Positions 1-11,822 of a stretch of 64,000 nt of DNA are shown here, in pieces. A model generated the notes under the pieces. It saw nothing but the letters and a program-made list of their open reading frames with translations. It was not told the DNA's origin and did not search any database. Positions within the stretch are counted from its first letter, which is position 1, and each line of letters begins with the position of its first letter. Source of the DNA: Lingula anatina (taxonomy: Eukaryota; Animalia; Brachiopoda); assembly GCA_051362555.1 (NCBI GenBank), contig CM120644.1:3666954-3730953 (forward strand), given 5' to 3'. The position numbers and the translations under genes are program-made.

Positions 1-102
1 GGATAAGCTCATTGAGCAATACTGATACCCATAAATGCATATACTGCAATCACAAATATGGGTTCTGTTATCTACTTACTTACTAAACGAGGGTCCAATA
101 TA

Positions 103-640
103 CAGGGTGGTCCATAAAAAACAACCTACTTTACTTCCATCTCAGTTTTTATATATAACATAGATATTTTTTCACCGAATTGTTCCATTTAATTATTGCA
201 AATTCTGCAGAAATTGGAAACCTTTAAGGCAGACGTCATCATCTCACTTCCAACGGACTTTCCTTGGCCACCCTTCTCGCCAGATCTCAACCCCCCCAGA
301 TTTCTCCCTTTGGGGAATACCTTAAGGAAAGAATCTATGTTTACAATCCACAAACTCTTTGAAGACCAACAGACTAGGAGAAGTAAGGAACAGTTCGGCT
401 GATATGATTGCAAGAGTCACTGCCAATTTCAGTGTTCATGTGGCAGCCGTTATTCAGCAACGAGGAGCATGGATAGAGCACATTATCAATTATTTAAATT
501 AGACTACCTTAAAGCTTTCCAATTTCTGCAGAATTTGGAAGGATAAAATGGTCATCCTTATAGAACAATATAATAACACGTAGGCCTATATCAAAATTGA
601 GATGAAAGTAAAATAGGTCATTTTTTTATGGACCACCCTG
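103..640 (+). mobile_element. Non-autonomous Tc1/mariner deletion derivative with a transposase remnant
   Basis: TIRs CAGGGTGGTCCATAAAAA / TTTTTATGGACCACCCTG with TA on both flanks. The internal remnant reads WPPFSPDLNPP-(fs)-FSLWG, the mariner/rosa/maT-type C-terminal catalytic motif. Confidence 0.85.
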
Positions 641-1175
641 TACATATATGTATATCACGATAACTTGTCATAAAATGTTTAGAGAACGTTATAATTTATT
701 CAAATAAATCCATACTAATGAGCCGTGTGAGCAGTTGTTTATGGTAAACAGTGCGGGTTAGACCTTTACATAGCACAAAATGAATCCTCGCCAGATTTTT
801 TTTCTTTGCAGTTTGACCAAGGCGTATCCTATCGAAAACCGTTGAGAAAATAAAAATCCATTGAGCCGTTCTCAGTGAATTTAGTCGACCGAGCTAATGC
901 GCACTAACTCCACGGGGTGACTCGCTTAAAGAGACTGATATTTAAACACGCCTGCTCCTGAAGTTGAGTAGAATACGGAAAAGCTGATCATTATACGAGT
1001 ACGTTGGAATTAAGAGGTGTGTTTGTCTCCTAACGTGATTGTATTCAGCGAGAGTCCCCTTGGAGGTTGTGTGCAATTGCTATGTCAACATAACGCATTC
1101 TGAATGGTCCTTCAGTGTTCTAGTATTCAATGTTTTATAGTTTTCAATGTTTTCTGTAATTCTTTGGTCTACATA

Positions 1176-1350
1176 GGCTGCATTCAGGACAGCGGACTAA
1201 CTAGTCCGCGTGGCAAATATGGCGACGGACTAAAAAGCTTCCCGTCTAATCTGCTAATAGACACTGAACAGATTCCCCTTGGGGATATATTCAAGTGGGT
1301 CAGCCATATTTGACCCGTGGACTAGTTAGTCCGCTGTTCTGAATGCGGCC
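1176..1350. mobile_element. MITE, Tourist/PIF-Harbinger-like
   Basis: TIRs of about 35 bp (GGCTGCATTCAGGACAGCGGACTAACTAGTCC / GGACTAGTTAGTCCGCTGTTCTGAATGCGGCC). ATA duplicated at 1173-1175 and 1351-1353. Confidence 0.75.
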
Positions 1351-1359
1351 ATAAAATAT

Positions 1360-1675
1360 CAGGCCTACCCAACTACCAGACGCGGCACCTACGGATCCTG
1401 AATAAACCGGTTTATCAGACCACACTACCCGTTTTCAAGGTGTGTGTCAGATCGCATTACGGAGTATCAGCCACTTCACCCATTTTGCCTGGCGCACGAT
1501 GTGATAGCGATAATCCTAAGCGATACCCGGATGACAGGTAAGCTTACAAAATTTGTGATGGGGTATGATACTCCGTAATGCGATCTGACACACACCTTGA
1601 AAACGGGTAGTGTGGTCTGATATACCGGTTTATTCTTTATCCGTAGGTGCCGCGTCTGGTAGTTGGGTAGGCCTG
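1360..1675. mobile_element. Foldback MITE with CAG..CTG ends and 5-bp TSD (hAT5-like)
   Basis: Near-perfect TIR of about 110 bp starting CAGGCCTACCCAACTACCAGACG. AATAT duplicated at 1355-1359 and 1676-1680. Confidence 0.8.
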
Positions 1676-2000
1676 AATATGCAGGTGTAGGTAGGCGAAT
1701 GAGCTGAATTGAATTGATTAACAGCTAGCTTAATATCTTGTGGTTTGGACGCCCAAATAAGGATAACGTGACTTTTGCAACCACAATTTTACTCACTGGC
1801 CACACAAACCATGGAGATATGCACTGGCCGTAACAAGGTCAATTTATACCCACTCTTAATTAATAAGAAATTTCGTTTCCAGACAGTTGATTGGGTTTAA
1901 ACAGAGGCAACGTTTAGGTATTCTTGAAATTTTATATAAGTATATAAAGATAATTTAAAATTGACTATTCTTTCATAAGATATGTTATGATATATTTCAG

Positions 2001-3283
2001 ATGAAAATCAGCTCGATGACGTTGACGGTGGTCGCCACGGGCGTATGTCTTCTGGGACTATATCAACTGTTGTCTGTTATGACATGGCTACGTTACATGT
2101 ACACAGATTACTTACAGCGATCATCCCACCTTACAATGTACCAGTTTATCACGATGAGACGACAACAAATCAAATTCAACGTTCATATCCACGATACACG
2201 GTCAATTACATGTACAAATACGACAGTGAACAGACTAGATCCGTTCCATTCTTCCGCTCTGCCATATATTGCTCATTTTCCACCGCTCAAATGTAGACGA
2301 CAGACATCAGTGGCTGAAAGTAAAATTGACAGAGATGGGTACTTGACGCTTATCATCAAAAACTATTCCGGAGTAACCGATAACATACACTGTTATTATC
2401 AATACATACGACACCCGACAAAACCTTACAAAGAGGATGAGGCATTTGTTTTTAGTAAGAGGATTGATTTACCTCTAGCAAATAGAGTAAAACTTCAAGA
2501 AGATTTTGTGTATGTTTCCTGCATGAACAAATCCGGCTACAAAGTCTATGAAAATTTTCATCTCCATATGGTAAAAAGAGATGAGCATATTTTCAAAAAA
2601 TACTCTGAAACAACGGGAAGACAACCAAGGCTGAATGTGTTAATTGTGATCAACGACGGAGTGTCGATGTCTGGTGCCGTTCGTTATCTTCCAAAAACAA
2701 CAGAATACTTAAAAAAAGCAATGAACGGGACCATATTTCCCGGGTACCATACAGTTGGTGAAAATTCTCTGCCGAATTTTTTCCCGCTTCTGACTGGATT
2801 GCCTCATTCTGAGGCCAGTACTGATACGCCGTTTATATGGAATCGCTTCGCAGAGAAAGGCTATAAAACGTTTTACTTGGAGGACAAAGTATACGCCACC
2901 TTCACCTATATAGATCCTGCGCCTATCCGGCCGCCTACAGACTTCTACACACATCCCTTCTGGGTGGCAATGGAGAATTCTTCCTTGTATTGGGACTCAC
3001 AGACTTTCTGCCTGGGCGATGAACCTATACATCGAATTGCACTTCACTATCTCGGATATTACATTAAAAATTACCAACGTCATCCATATTTTGGACTTTA
3101 TTTTCTTAATGAATTAACTCATGATGTTGACAGCCCTATCCAGTTAGCAGACGTTGATTACAGAAACTTTCTGAAAGAACACAACGAAAGAGGGTATTTA
3201 AACAATACCATAATACTTTTTATGAGTGACCATGGTGCAAGGTGCGTAGAACTCTCCCCTCCATTCTCTCTCTCTCTCTCTCT

Positions 3284-3326
<43 letters not shown>

Positions 3327-4138
3327 ACAACCTTTAAAATCTCGTAATAACTTATTGCGCCTTTATATTTCCTTTATGCTTTACTTCTTCAAGGTTTGGC
3401 AGGCTCCGCTCCACACCTATTGGCCGCCTAGAAGCCAGTAATCCTCTGCTGATAATGGTTCTGCCCAAATGGCTCAGGAAGCAGTATCCACACATATCAG
3501 CAACTGTAAACTCGAATGCAGATCGACTGGTCACTCCATACGATATCCACGCCACGTTAGTCGATATCCTTCACTCTGATATACCAACTTATACCGAAGA
3601 AATCACCAATGGCAAGAAACGTAGAGTAGGACTTGCGAAAGGAATCAGTTTGTTCCGAAATCTCCCCAGCAAGAGGACGTGTGCCTCAGCAGGTATACCA
3701 GAAGATACCTGTACTTTATGTACACCGCTCGACACAACTTTTCTGGATATTAATTCGGAGAAAGCACGCTTCATTGCAAACGCACTGTTGGCCCAAATAA
3801 ATGGAGTTCTCGTCAATGCGACATCAGGGTGTGACGTTTTACGTATTTCAGATATAACCTACATAGCCGTAACCTCTGACAGCAGGTTTTCTGTTACATA
3901 CATTGTGGTTATTAAGACAATACCAGGGAGTGGGATATTTGAGGCGTCTGTGCGTGAGACGAGGGCCATGGCTTCTGACTCCACAGAGAGCCAATACACT
4001 GTTATGACACCAGTTATACGGCTCAGTCTCTATGACAACAACTGTTGCTGTACAGAGGACAGTCGCATAAAGAAATACTGTCATTGCAAGGTGACACGAA
4101 GACAAATTCGCAGAAAGGCCTCCCCGAAAGATTATTAA
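2001..4138 (+). CDS. DUF229 family type II membrane protein (alkaline phosphatase/sulfatase superfamily), copy 1, intact; exons 2001-3241 and 3394-4138, 661 aa
   Basis: N-terminal TM anchor. Motifs LNVLIVINDGVS, VGENSLPN, GYKTFYLED, ELTHD. The phase-2 GT..AG intron 3242-3393 restores SDHGARFGRLRSTPIGRLEASNP, followed by RLVTPYDIHATL, RTCASAGIP and a Cys-rich KYCHC end. An acceptor TTTCAG directly precedes the ATG. Confidence 0.9.
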
Positions 4139-4689
4139 AAAATTATACCATTATGCCTTGTATTTACATGTCACACAGTTGCTTAAATCTATTTTTCATT
4201 AGTTCAGTTTAACATACATATGCTTATCCATTTCATTTATTTATTAGTAATTTTACTATATTCATTTATTCATTTGCGATATTCTTATCGTACAGATCAT
4301 TATGTGAATGAATCTGGTTATATTTCCAATTTTAATAAACAATATTTTATAATATAATATAGCGCCAACCTAGCCCCCTCTCTTCCATATCGCAATGGTT
4401 ATGGGAAAAACTATTAAAACGTTTGACATGTCTGTATAACGTTTTGAACATTGCCTATTTCGGAAACCATATCTTACATGACTTATGGCAGAGAAAAGCA
4501 ATACGTGAAGATCTTTATTATTTATTATTCATTCAAATGTAGAACATGAACATGCACCTTCTCAAACCTAATGTTCTACTGTGATTTCCATAGTGGTTAA
4601 TTAAGTGTCCATACAATTGTAAAGACACAGGTAAATGCTTTCAACAAGGGCAAGGTACCTGTTTTGTGGGGTATTGTTCCATTTTTCCT

Positions 4690-5230
4690 GGGGATTTTGA
4701 CCAAGTTGGTCCACACAGATTGCCAGAATCTTTGTTTTCTTTCAGTTTTTAATACTTTTCCAGAATACTAAAGGGTCCTTTTTTTCAATGTCAAGAAGTT
4801 TTTCTAACAGTAAATCTTTGAATTCTTGCTTTTTGTTTTTAATTAGTTTTTTTTTTTTTTTTTTTTTTTTTGTATTTTTAACAGCTTCATGATATGTATG
4901 CGATATAATGGTGTTCTTTTGGTTACTACGCAATAGCATTCCCAAGCTTTTTATATTACGTCTCACTACTGCATATGTTGCATTAAACCATGGCTGTTTC
5001 TTCGCTCTTACTGGTTTGTTTTTATTTTTTGTTACAGTGTGTTTTCGCTGAACCAATGACTCAGTAGCAGTTTTCTCAATTATTTCAGAAAGCGACTTAC
5101 ATGCAGCATTAAACCCTTCTTATGTGGCTGGATAATTAGTATGTTGCAGTTTGCTTATAGCCAGAATATTACCTACTTTTTCGAGGGCTTCAAGAATTTT
5201 TTGAGCAGAATCGTTTTTCCATATGTTTGC
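4690..5230 (-). mobile_element. Non-LTR retrotransposon (CR1/L2-like) ORF2 fragment
   Basis: KKQPWFNATY...DPLVFWKSIK resembles the WF..FW linker between the APE and RT domains. Degenerate, interrupted by an A-run. Confidence 0.55.
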
Positions 5231-5499
5231 TCACTAGCCCTGAGAATGGGCGTGGAAGCAATATGAATATATTTTAGATATACAGTAAATATATATAAGA
5301 ATGTTTATAAGAAAGGGAAAAATGAGACATTTAAATTCAAATTGTCACGTGTTGTAATTAAACCCAAATAACTTTATTAGCTGACGATTTACATTATTCG
5401 ATTTGTTCATAAACCGGATGAGTATGAACACGTTCATATAGATCGCAAATTTATTGAACTTGTGAAAATATGACAGTACACGTTTGTTACGGACATCGG

Positions 5500-5760
5500 C
5501 CATCAGGTCAATTTCGCTCCCTTGGCTCTTGATTGTTTTCGATAGGCTCTGTTCTGGCCTAACTACTGTGAATATCCTTCATGGCATGATCAAACATGTT
5601 CCTCATTTGTGTCCTTGGCTGGCTCTTTTATGGCCCCGAAAATATGGGGACAGGTCTATGTGACAAAAGTACGCTATGCCAAAGGAAATCCACAGCTGTA
5701 GGGCCAGAACAGAGCCCCTTAGAAACAATTAAGAGCCAAGGGACCGAATTTGATCTGAGG
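5500..5760. repeat. Imperfect inverted repeat / old MITE
   Basis: TCCCTTGGCTCTTGATTGTTT..GGCTCTGTTCTGGCC pairs with GGCCAGAACAGAGCC..AAACAATTAAGAGCCAAGGGA. A related fragment lies at about 31750-31865. Confidence 0.6.
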
Positions 5761-5818
5761 AATAGAGTCGGAATACACGTCCACAGTGTGAAATATGCAA
5801 AATAGCACCCTCTTCCTC

Positions 5819-6830
5819 TTAAAAATCGTCCAGGTCTGCCTTTCTGTGATCTTGTTTTTGTGGACCTTTACATTGACAGTAATATTCTAGGGATCATGCT
5901 TTGAAAAGCAAAGGTTGTTGTCAAGAAGACTTAGGGTGCTTTCCCAGAGATTTAGATCGATCTAAAGATTAAGATTTAGATCGACCTAACTCCCTGGGGG
6001 TTCACGCTAAATGGCAGTCAGCCGAGCGGGCACCATAGTTAATTACCCCCTTACAGCTTTTAGTAGGCGGGACAGACGCTTAAGCCGGCCAAGCTGACAG
6101 TAATCTAGTGAAATTTCCCACAGGGATAGATCGATCTAAAAATCTATGGAAATGGGGTGTTAGTCGTACGACTGGGGTGCTGAGGGCATATTGTTTGCCT
6201 GGGGAGACATGAGCCGGCTCTTTTGTTTCGCTCACAGACGCTTCAAATACCCCTCTTACTGGAACTGTCTAAATGACAACGCTATAAACGGCATGGTGAT
6301 TACTGGTAGACGTTAAAGCAACGTAAGTTATCCTTGAAATTTGCAACACGTTACAGTCTGATGTCACGCTGGTGTGAATGCTATTTATTTTGGCCAATAC
6401 CGCTTCAGCAATGAAGCACGCTTTCTGTGAATTCGTATCTAAAAAAAATGGTTCCAGTGGTATACATAAAGTGCAAATGTATTCTGGTGTACCTGCAGAG
6501 ACACACGTCCTCCTGCTGGGGAGAATTCGGAACAAGCTTAATCCTTTACCTATTTCCTGTGTAAGCTTTTCGTTGCTGATTCTCTCTCTGGCAGAAGGAA
6601 AATCTGAGTGAAGGATATCGACATCGAATCGTTCTGCATTCGAGTTTACAGCTTCTGCTATGTGCGGATACTGCTGCCTGAGCCATGGTGGCAGAACCAT
6701 TATCAGCAGAGGATTACTGGCTTCTAGGCGGCCAATAGGGGTGGAACGAAGCCTGCCATTCTAGAAAAAACAAAGGTAAAGTACATTAAAGAGGTATAGA
6801 TTACTATGGAAAAATGTTAAAATTACCAGT

Positions 6831-6869
<39 letters not shown>

Positions 6870-8146
6870 CAGAGAGAGAGGTGGGGGGGGGGGAGAGAGA
6901 TCCACCAGTACAAACCTGGCACCAGGGTCGCTCATAAATAGCATTAAGGTATTGTTAAAATGCCCTTTTTCATTGTGTTCCTTCAAAAAGTCTATATAAT
7001 CAGCGTCCGCTAATTGAAGAGGGACCTCAGAGTCGTGAGTAAATTCATTTACAAAGCAAAGACCAAAATACGATTGACGTTGGTAATTTTCAATATAATG
7101 TCCCAAATACTGAAGGGCAATTCGATATATTAGGATCATCGCCCAGACAAAAAGTCTGTGAGTCCCAATACATGGAAGAATTCTCCATTGCCACCCAGAA
7201 GGGATGTGTGTAGAAGTCTGTTGGCGGCCGAGTAAGCTTAGGATCTATGAGGCTCATGGTGGCGTATTCTTTGTCTTCCAAGTAAAACGTCTTAAAGCCC
7301 TGTAATGAGAATTGCTGCCATATGAAAGGGGTATTATTTTTGGTTTCAGATTGAGAGAAATCCGGTGAAAAGCGGGAAAAAGTTAGGCAAAGTGTTTTCA
7401 CCAGCTGCATGGTACCCAGTAAAGATAGTCCCATTAATTTCTTTTCTTAAGCATTCTGTTGTTTTTGGAAGATAACGAACGGCACCAGACATCGACACTC
7501 CGTCATTGACCATAATTAATACATTCATCCTTGGTTGGCTTCTGGTTGTTTCAGAGAATATTTTGGAAATAACCTCATCTCTTTTAACCATGGGAAGATG
7601 AAAATTCTCATAAACTTTGTATCCGGTTTCGTTCATGCAGGAAACATACACAAAATCCTTCTGAAGCTTTACTTTGTTTGTTGGAGGTAAATCGATTCTT
7701 TCACATAAAACAAAGGCCTCTTCTTTTTTGTAAGGTTTTGTTGGATGTAGTATGTATTGATAATAACACTGCACGCTGTCGGTTAGCCAGAGATCGTATT
7801 TGATTATAAGCTTCAAGTATCCGTCTCTGTCAACTTTCCTTTCAGCCACTGATGCCTGACGTCTACATTTCAGAGGTGGAAAATAAGTAATATAAGGCAG
7901 AACGGAAGGATGGAACGGATCCAGTTTTTTCACTGTCGTGTTTGTGCACGTTATTGGCCATGTATCTTGTATATGGATCGTGGGATTTTCGTGCACTTGT
8001 CCCGTCGTGAAATTGACTTTGTCACTCTGCAGTCGCCCCAGATATGTATTGGTAAGGACCCATGCTACGAGGGGTATCAGCTAGTATAATACCAGAAAAC
8101 ACAAACTCCTGTAAACCATCGTCACCGTCACTGAACCAATTTTTAT
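5819..8146 (-). pseudogene. DUF229 copy 2, pseudogene
   Basis: ATG>ATA at 8146, Q22>TAG (8081-8083), frameshift near 7360, SDHG>SDPG, internal deletion (AERFDVDIL), TAG at 6269, and a MITE inserted in exon 2. Confidence 0.9.
5934..6159. mobile_element. MITE inserted in DUF229 copy 2 exon 2 (TTA TSD, Harbinger-like)
   Basis: TTA on both flanks. Inverted TTTCC..AGATTTAGATCGATCTA / TAGATCGATCTAAAAATCTATGGAAA. Removing it rejoins PVVRL|SLLDNN. Confidence 0.7.
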
Positions 8147-11100
8147 CTAAAAGAAAAAATAATGGAGGAAAACGCTCATAAATAGCAGCTTGTATCATCT
8201 TATCTGCAACCTTCTTTTGATCGATGCAGGCGTTTCCTTGAAGTTTAAAAGCAGTTTTTATCTGATTCGATGGTGCTCCGCCATATGTGTAGTGCCTTTG
8301 TTTACGAAATTTAGATCAGGCAACTTGTGGCTACATGGAAAAGCCAAACACTTTATAAAACCTGCATGTATTTGTAGCAGTATATATATATATATATATA
8401 TATATATGCCACTTCTTTGTTCTCCTTTACAGTCATTCTCACGCAGTACGGTTAAAATGTAACTTTGAAAAGATAACAGCTGTTCATTTTAACCAAAAAT
8501 GAATTTTCATGGGGTAAACGACAATTTCCTCACACTGACCAATGGTTAATGAATCCATTTCTACATTCAAAGTTAGTCCTTGTTTTTTTACGTACAGACA
8601 CAGATGTGTCTGTACATATAGCCGTCATCTGCGTCTGTGGTCGCCGTCGATGTGGCCGTCGCCGTCGCCGTCGCCGTTGGCGTGCACTTTAACCGTAAAC
8701 ACGATAAGTGAAAAACCGTTTTACCTTTTGGCTTGAAAGTTACAGAACTGATGAATATTCATAATACGCCAGTCAAGTTCGAAAATCAGCATGATCGGAC
8801 TATTTTTAGGGAAGTTATACTGTTTTTTTTTCAATTTTTTCAGCATATATGCAACACCGTAAACACGATAAATGGAAAACAGTTTTACTTTTTGGTTTGA
8901 AACTTACAGAACTGATGAATATTCATAATACGCAGGTCAAGTTCGAAAATCAGCATGATCGGGTCATTTTTAGGGAAGTTATGCATCTTTTTTCACTTTT
9001 TTCAGCATATATGCAACACCGTAAACACGATAAGTGGAAAACGGTTTTACCTTTTGGTTTGAAACTTACAGAACTGATGAGTATTTATAATACGCAGGTC
9101 AAGTTCGAAAATCAGCATGATAGAGCCACTTTTATGGAAGTTATGCTGTTTTTTCATTCTTTTCAGCATATATGAAACACTGATAACACAATATAAGAAA
9201 AAAAGATAGGCCAATTGTCATTGTACTCACAGGAGTGGTCGATCTTACTAAAACATAGGTTGAGTATGAAAATCGGCATAATCGGGCCATTATTTTAGAA
9301 GTTATGCTTTTTTTCACATTTCCTCAGATTCAATTCTTAGGCATGTTAATAGTCTCATTATTGAACTAATAAGATACATAAAAGTGTTTGTTTGACATTT
9401 CCTGCATCTTTACAACATTGTCAGTTGATTTTGTAAAAATGATGGTAAATTTGTTATCGTGTATTGTGTAATGAAGTGTCAAAAATGGAAATAAACACAC
9501 ATCATTGCAGTTTGTCAGATTCAATCATCCACTATGTTCAGAATCTCAGAATGGAGGAAATTGGACAATTAACACTGTTCTATTGATAATTTTCCCATCT
9601 CATCAATTTCGTAGTTGGTCATATAAAAATGGCAGTTAACAGTTAATTTTGTTTTATGTTAAAAAAGTGTTAAAAATGGAAATAAACCCATTTCAGAAAA
9701 GTGCTGTCTTGTTTACATTTTGGCATTTTCAAGATGTGACTTTGAAGTTCATTGGTCCTGAAGACCTTTGCTAGTCACATTTTCTGAATATCTATGATAC
9801 TAATATTTTATTATTAAAATTGACGGTCATTATGCTGTTAAACATTATGTAATATTGCATCAAAATTTGAAGAAACCCCTATTTTGGGCACTGCTCCCAT
9901 GAAGACCATTTAAGGAAAATCATGTCACTCACTGTTCTCAAACTTACAGGAAAGAAACATGGGACTAAAATATAGCTTCAGTAGGCAATGCAGTCTGTTT
10001 GGTAAATTTTTCTGGCAATTAAACAGTTTTTTGTGAAAATTTAATTTTTCACTTATTGGCATTTTCAAGGTGTGACTTAGAACCTCCACGGGCTTGAAGA
10101 CCTTTGCTAGTCACATATTCTGAATATCCATGATACTAATATTTTATTATTAAAAATTGATGGTCATTATGCTGTTAAACATTATGTAATGTTGCATCAA
10201 AATAGAAGAAAACACAATTTTTGGTGTTGATGCCATGATGACCATTATGGGAAAACCATGTTACTTATGACTGTCAAACTTTCAAAAAAGAAACACAGGA
10301 CTAAAATGCAGCCTGAGTTGGAAAAACAGTCTAACTAGCTTCTTTTTCTGGAAGTTATACATTTTAGTGAAATATTCATTATTATCTTTTTGGCACATTC
10401 ATTGTGGGACTCAGAACTCCCATGGACATGAAGCCGAATGGTAATCAAATTTTCTACATGTCCTTGCTATTTATAGTCAATAATCAAAAATTGGTGATAA
10501 TTATTCTATAATTTATTATGTAATGTTACATCAAAATTGACAAAAATCTTTTTGCACTGCTACTGCAAACATTATGAAAAGAAAACTGTGCTACTTATTA
10601 TTATTTTTAACATACAAGTATGATTTTTAGGATTGGCATGCAGTTCAAATTAGAAAGCCAGGTCAATTGGTCAATTCTTTTATTATTGAATTTATGAAAT
10701 TTTGTGTGAAATTTTCTCATTCTGGCACTTTCAAAGTATAAACTTGAACTCTGATGGGCATGAAGCCTTATGCTTTTACTTTTGTCGGTGTTACTTGTTG
10801 TGCATAATTAAAATTTGATATTGACTGTGCGGTTAAACATAATGTATTATTGCATCAGAATTGGTAGTCTCCTATTTTGTACATTATTGTTTTGTGCTTT
10901 TCTTAAGATGTGACTTATGGGCCTGAAAGACCTTTGAGAGGGTCAGTCTGTAAATTTCCCCTGCGTATCACTTAGCTAATTTCAGAGTTATAAAGTCATT
11001 TGCCTAATTAATAGGTCTTTAAATGAGATTACATAAAGCACACTTGTGGATATTTCCCTGTAAACTCCCAAAGGTTAAGCTCTCCGCTAGATTAATAATA

Positions 11101-11186
11101 AGGAAGCAGTGATAATTATGCTGGTAAATTTTAAATTATATATAAACTCGATTAAAAGTTCGAATAGCAGCTTCTTTGGAATTATA

Positions 11187-11417
11187 TTTGCCTCTGCCAA
11201 GGAGGTTATGTTTTCACCCCTTTTTGTCTGTCATCAACATAACTCAAAAAGGTATGGGCCGATTTTGCTGATATTTTCAGGAACTGTCAGAAGTGGGCCA
11301 AAGAGGACAATGATTAGTTTTTGGTGGTGGTCCGGATCAATAATCAATCAATAAGCAATAATAATCAACAATTGCTGTCTTGGCAGAGGTCTGCCCTCTC
11401 GGAGTGCTTTTCTAGTT
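11187..11417 (+). mobile_element. Short Helitron/Helentron-type non-autonomous element (nested)
   Basis: 5' CCTCTGCCAAGGAGGTTATGTTTT and 3' CTTGGCAGAGGTCTGCCCTCTCGGAGTGCTTTTCTAGTT (sub-TIR, hairpin, CTAG). Relatives at about 47030-47378 and 62340-62696. Confidence 0.7.
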
Positions 11418-11645
11418 TTGTTATGTTTTCCTTTTTAATTTTCAAACACTGGCATTTGTGACTTTTAACTCTCATCCGCCTGAGGCTCTGCACATTTTCT
11501 GTATTTCCACATAAGCAGTTGTATTGTTTTTTATGTCTTTAAACATTATGTAATATTATTTTATGCACTGTCATCATTTTTCAAATATTGAGACTTTCAT
11601 CATGTGAATTTGAACTCTCATGGTCCTGAAACTGTAATCTTATCG

Positions 11646-11822
11646 AAGGGGTGGATTGAGACCATCTTCTGGGTCTTCCGGAAGACGGTCAGGTTATTAA
11701 GTTTATATTGACTGGTATCTATTTTTTTTTTTTTTTTTTTTTTGGAAGACCATAAAAATGGGGTATGGATCAACATAGATACTTTGAAATACTGTTAGAA
11801 AATATCTCTGTGTTCGCTCCTG
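11646..11822. mobile_element. Diverged copy of the approx. 168-bp CAGGGGCGG MITE
   Basis: Homologous to 29009-29176. Confidence 0.6.

Noticed and set aside
3242-3326. SLSLSL / HTHTHT C-terminal tails of the DUF229 ORFs, and N-terminal extensions at 18416 and 22960
   Set aside because: Read-through into intronic microsatellites or polypyrimidine tracts; removed by splicing.
2001-4138. Calling DUF229 a sulfatase paired with the sulfotransferase
   Set aside because: No (C/S)xPxR formylglycine motif; only the shared superfamily fold is supported.
8740-9130. Hammerhead ribozyme in the 165-bp repeats (CTGATGA..CGAAA..ATCAGCATGATC)
   Set aside because: Stems I and II do not pair and stem III is out of register by one A.
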